Shown: one piece after another, positions 63,217 through 64,000 of the stretch
Layout of the letters: each line of letters opens with the position of its first letter
How positions within the stretch are numbered: the stretch's first letter is position 1
NCBI RefSeq assembly: GCF_947496875.1
Contig: NZ_CANMEH010000001.1
Span: 251,663-315,662, forward strand
Direction of reading: 5' to 3'
DNA: 64,000 bases
Source of the DNA: an uncultured Paracoccus sp.
GTDB lineage: Bacteria > Pseudomonadota > Alphaproteobacteria > Rhodobacterales > Rhodobacteraceae
Notes under the pieces: generated by a model
What the model was told of the DNA's origin: nothing
Databases searched by the model: none
What the model saw: the letters and a program-made list of their open reading frames with translations, nothing else
Made by a program: the position numbers and the translations under genes

Positions 63217-64000
63217 TCACACGATCGCGGCCTCGGTCATCGGCTGCCCGTCCAGCACGCGCTGCATCCCGAGCGCGGACAGGTCCAGCGTTACCCAGTC
63301 GCCGTGCACGATCTGCTCGGCGATGCCACGTCCGACGGCGGGGGCCTGCTGCAACCCGTGGCCCGAAAATCCGTTGGCATGATAGAGGTTGGGCACCTGC
63401 GGGTTGCGGCCGAGGATGGCGTTCTGGTCCAGCGTGTTGAATGCATAATGGCCAACCCACCAGCGCCGCATCCTGGCCTGCTCGAACCCCGGTGACCGGT
63501 GATAGAGCGCGGGCCAGATCTCATCCTCGAACAGCTGCAGGTCGGGGTCGAAATCATCGGGGGCGCAGGGGCCGTCGGTCGCGGGGACGGTCGCGGTCAG
63601 CCACTGGTTGTACTCGGGCCGGAAATAGATGCCGGAGGGGTCGATCACCAGCGGCGCGTCCGGGTGGCGGGCCATCGGGGCGTCCACGATAAACACCGTT
63701 CGCTTGCGCGGCTCGACCGGGATGTCCAGCCCGACGGTCCGCATCAGGATGGCGGCGCGCGGGCCCGTGCAGTTGACGAACACCTGCGCGGTGCGCCGGC
63801 CGCCGGTTTCCAGCACGGCGGCCGTGATGCGGGCGCCGTCGCGTTCGAGCGCCGTGACCCGATCTCGGACCCAGCGCACGCCGGCGGCACGGGCCGCGTT
63901 CCTGAACCCGTTCAGCAGGCCCATGTTGTCGAAAAAACCCTCGTCCCGGGACCCGAACGATCCTGCGGTGATGTCGTCCAGCGCCATCCACGGGAACCGG
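63217..64000 (-). CDS. FAD-dependent oxidoreductase (DAO family), C-terminal portion; 5' end outside window
   Basis: The frame is open to the window edge. ..VFVNCTGPRAA.., ..NGFSGHGLQQAPAVGRGIAEQI.. is typical of the DAO-family C-terminus. Confidence 0.75.
   Translation of the reverse strand, partial: RFPWMALDDITAGSFGSRDEGFFDNMGLLNGFRNAARAAGVRWVRDRVTALERDGARITAAVLETGGRRTAQVFVNCTGPRAAILMRTVGLDIPVEPRKRTVFIVDAPMARHPDAPLVIDPSGIYFRPEYNQWLTATVPATDGPCAPDDFDPDLQLFEDEIWPALYHRSPGFEQARMRRWWVGHYAFNTLDQNAILGRNPQVPNLYHANGFSGHGLQQAPAVGRGIAEQIVHGDWVTLDLSALGMQRVLDGQPMTEAAIV

Overview
The window is a visibly GC-rich stretch of alphaproteobacterial chromosome, with gene content and order typical of Rhodobacterales (Paracoccus/Rhodobacter type). 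It is almost entirely core metabolism and housekeeping. I found no mobile elements, CRISPR arrays, rRNA or intact tRNA genes, and no recognisable defence systems.

Gene content from left to right:
- A partial CorC/CNNM transporter and a FAH-family hydrolase.
- A long minus-strand aromatic-catabolism operon: pobA-pcaD-pcaC-pcaH-pcaG-(BKACE/DUF849)-pcaB-dctPQM (TRAP).
- An AI-2E transporter.
- Polyamine genes nspC plus carboxy(nor)spermidine dehydrogenase.
- grxC, a C-N hydrolase and a MarR regulator, then ubiG and pip.
- rimP-nusA-ylxR-infB.
- mutT-argJ-PPIase, divergent from secA.
- A glycosyltransferase remnant.
- Two YsnF/DUF2382 stress proteins plus a Crp/Fnr regulator.
- An extensin-like protein and an L,D-transpeptidase.
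- An enoyl-CoA hydratase, a GntR regulator and an MFS transporter.
- rnhB and ccrM, then an AlkB-type membrane hydroxylase.
- A suf Fe-S operon (coaBC, cysteine desulfurase, sufB, ybjQ-like, sufC, sufD, two Yip1-like membrane proteins, sufS).
- comM/yifB, clpX-clpP, pth, a DUF2237 protein and a secreted protein with an acidic repeat tail.
- trpB-GNAT-trpF-lapA-like-ihfB-rpsA-cmk, and a partial FAD oxidoreductase.

Most long ORFs in the six-frame track that lie antisense to these genes are GC-bias artefacts.

The observations worth a second look are small-scale and non-coding or architectural:
1. A densely structured orphan intergenic element of about 340 nt next to sufS. It has a B12-box-like core, a pseudoknot and a T-loop hairpin.
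2. A protocatechuate operon that lacks pcaIJF and carries a BKACE enzyme and a TRAP transporter instead.
3. Three 20-nt tandem repeats in the nspC/dehydrogenase intercistronic spacer.
4. Three helically phased TGCATGAA repeats.
5. An intrinsic terminator immediately upstream of rimP, which may be a leader attenuator.
6. A perfect TTAA-N7-TTAA CtrA-type box upstream of comM.
7. Unusual passengers inside the suf operon.

All functional calls come from reading the translated ORFs and motifs by eye. No database search was run.
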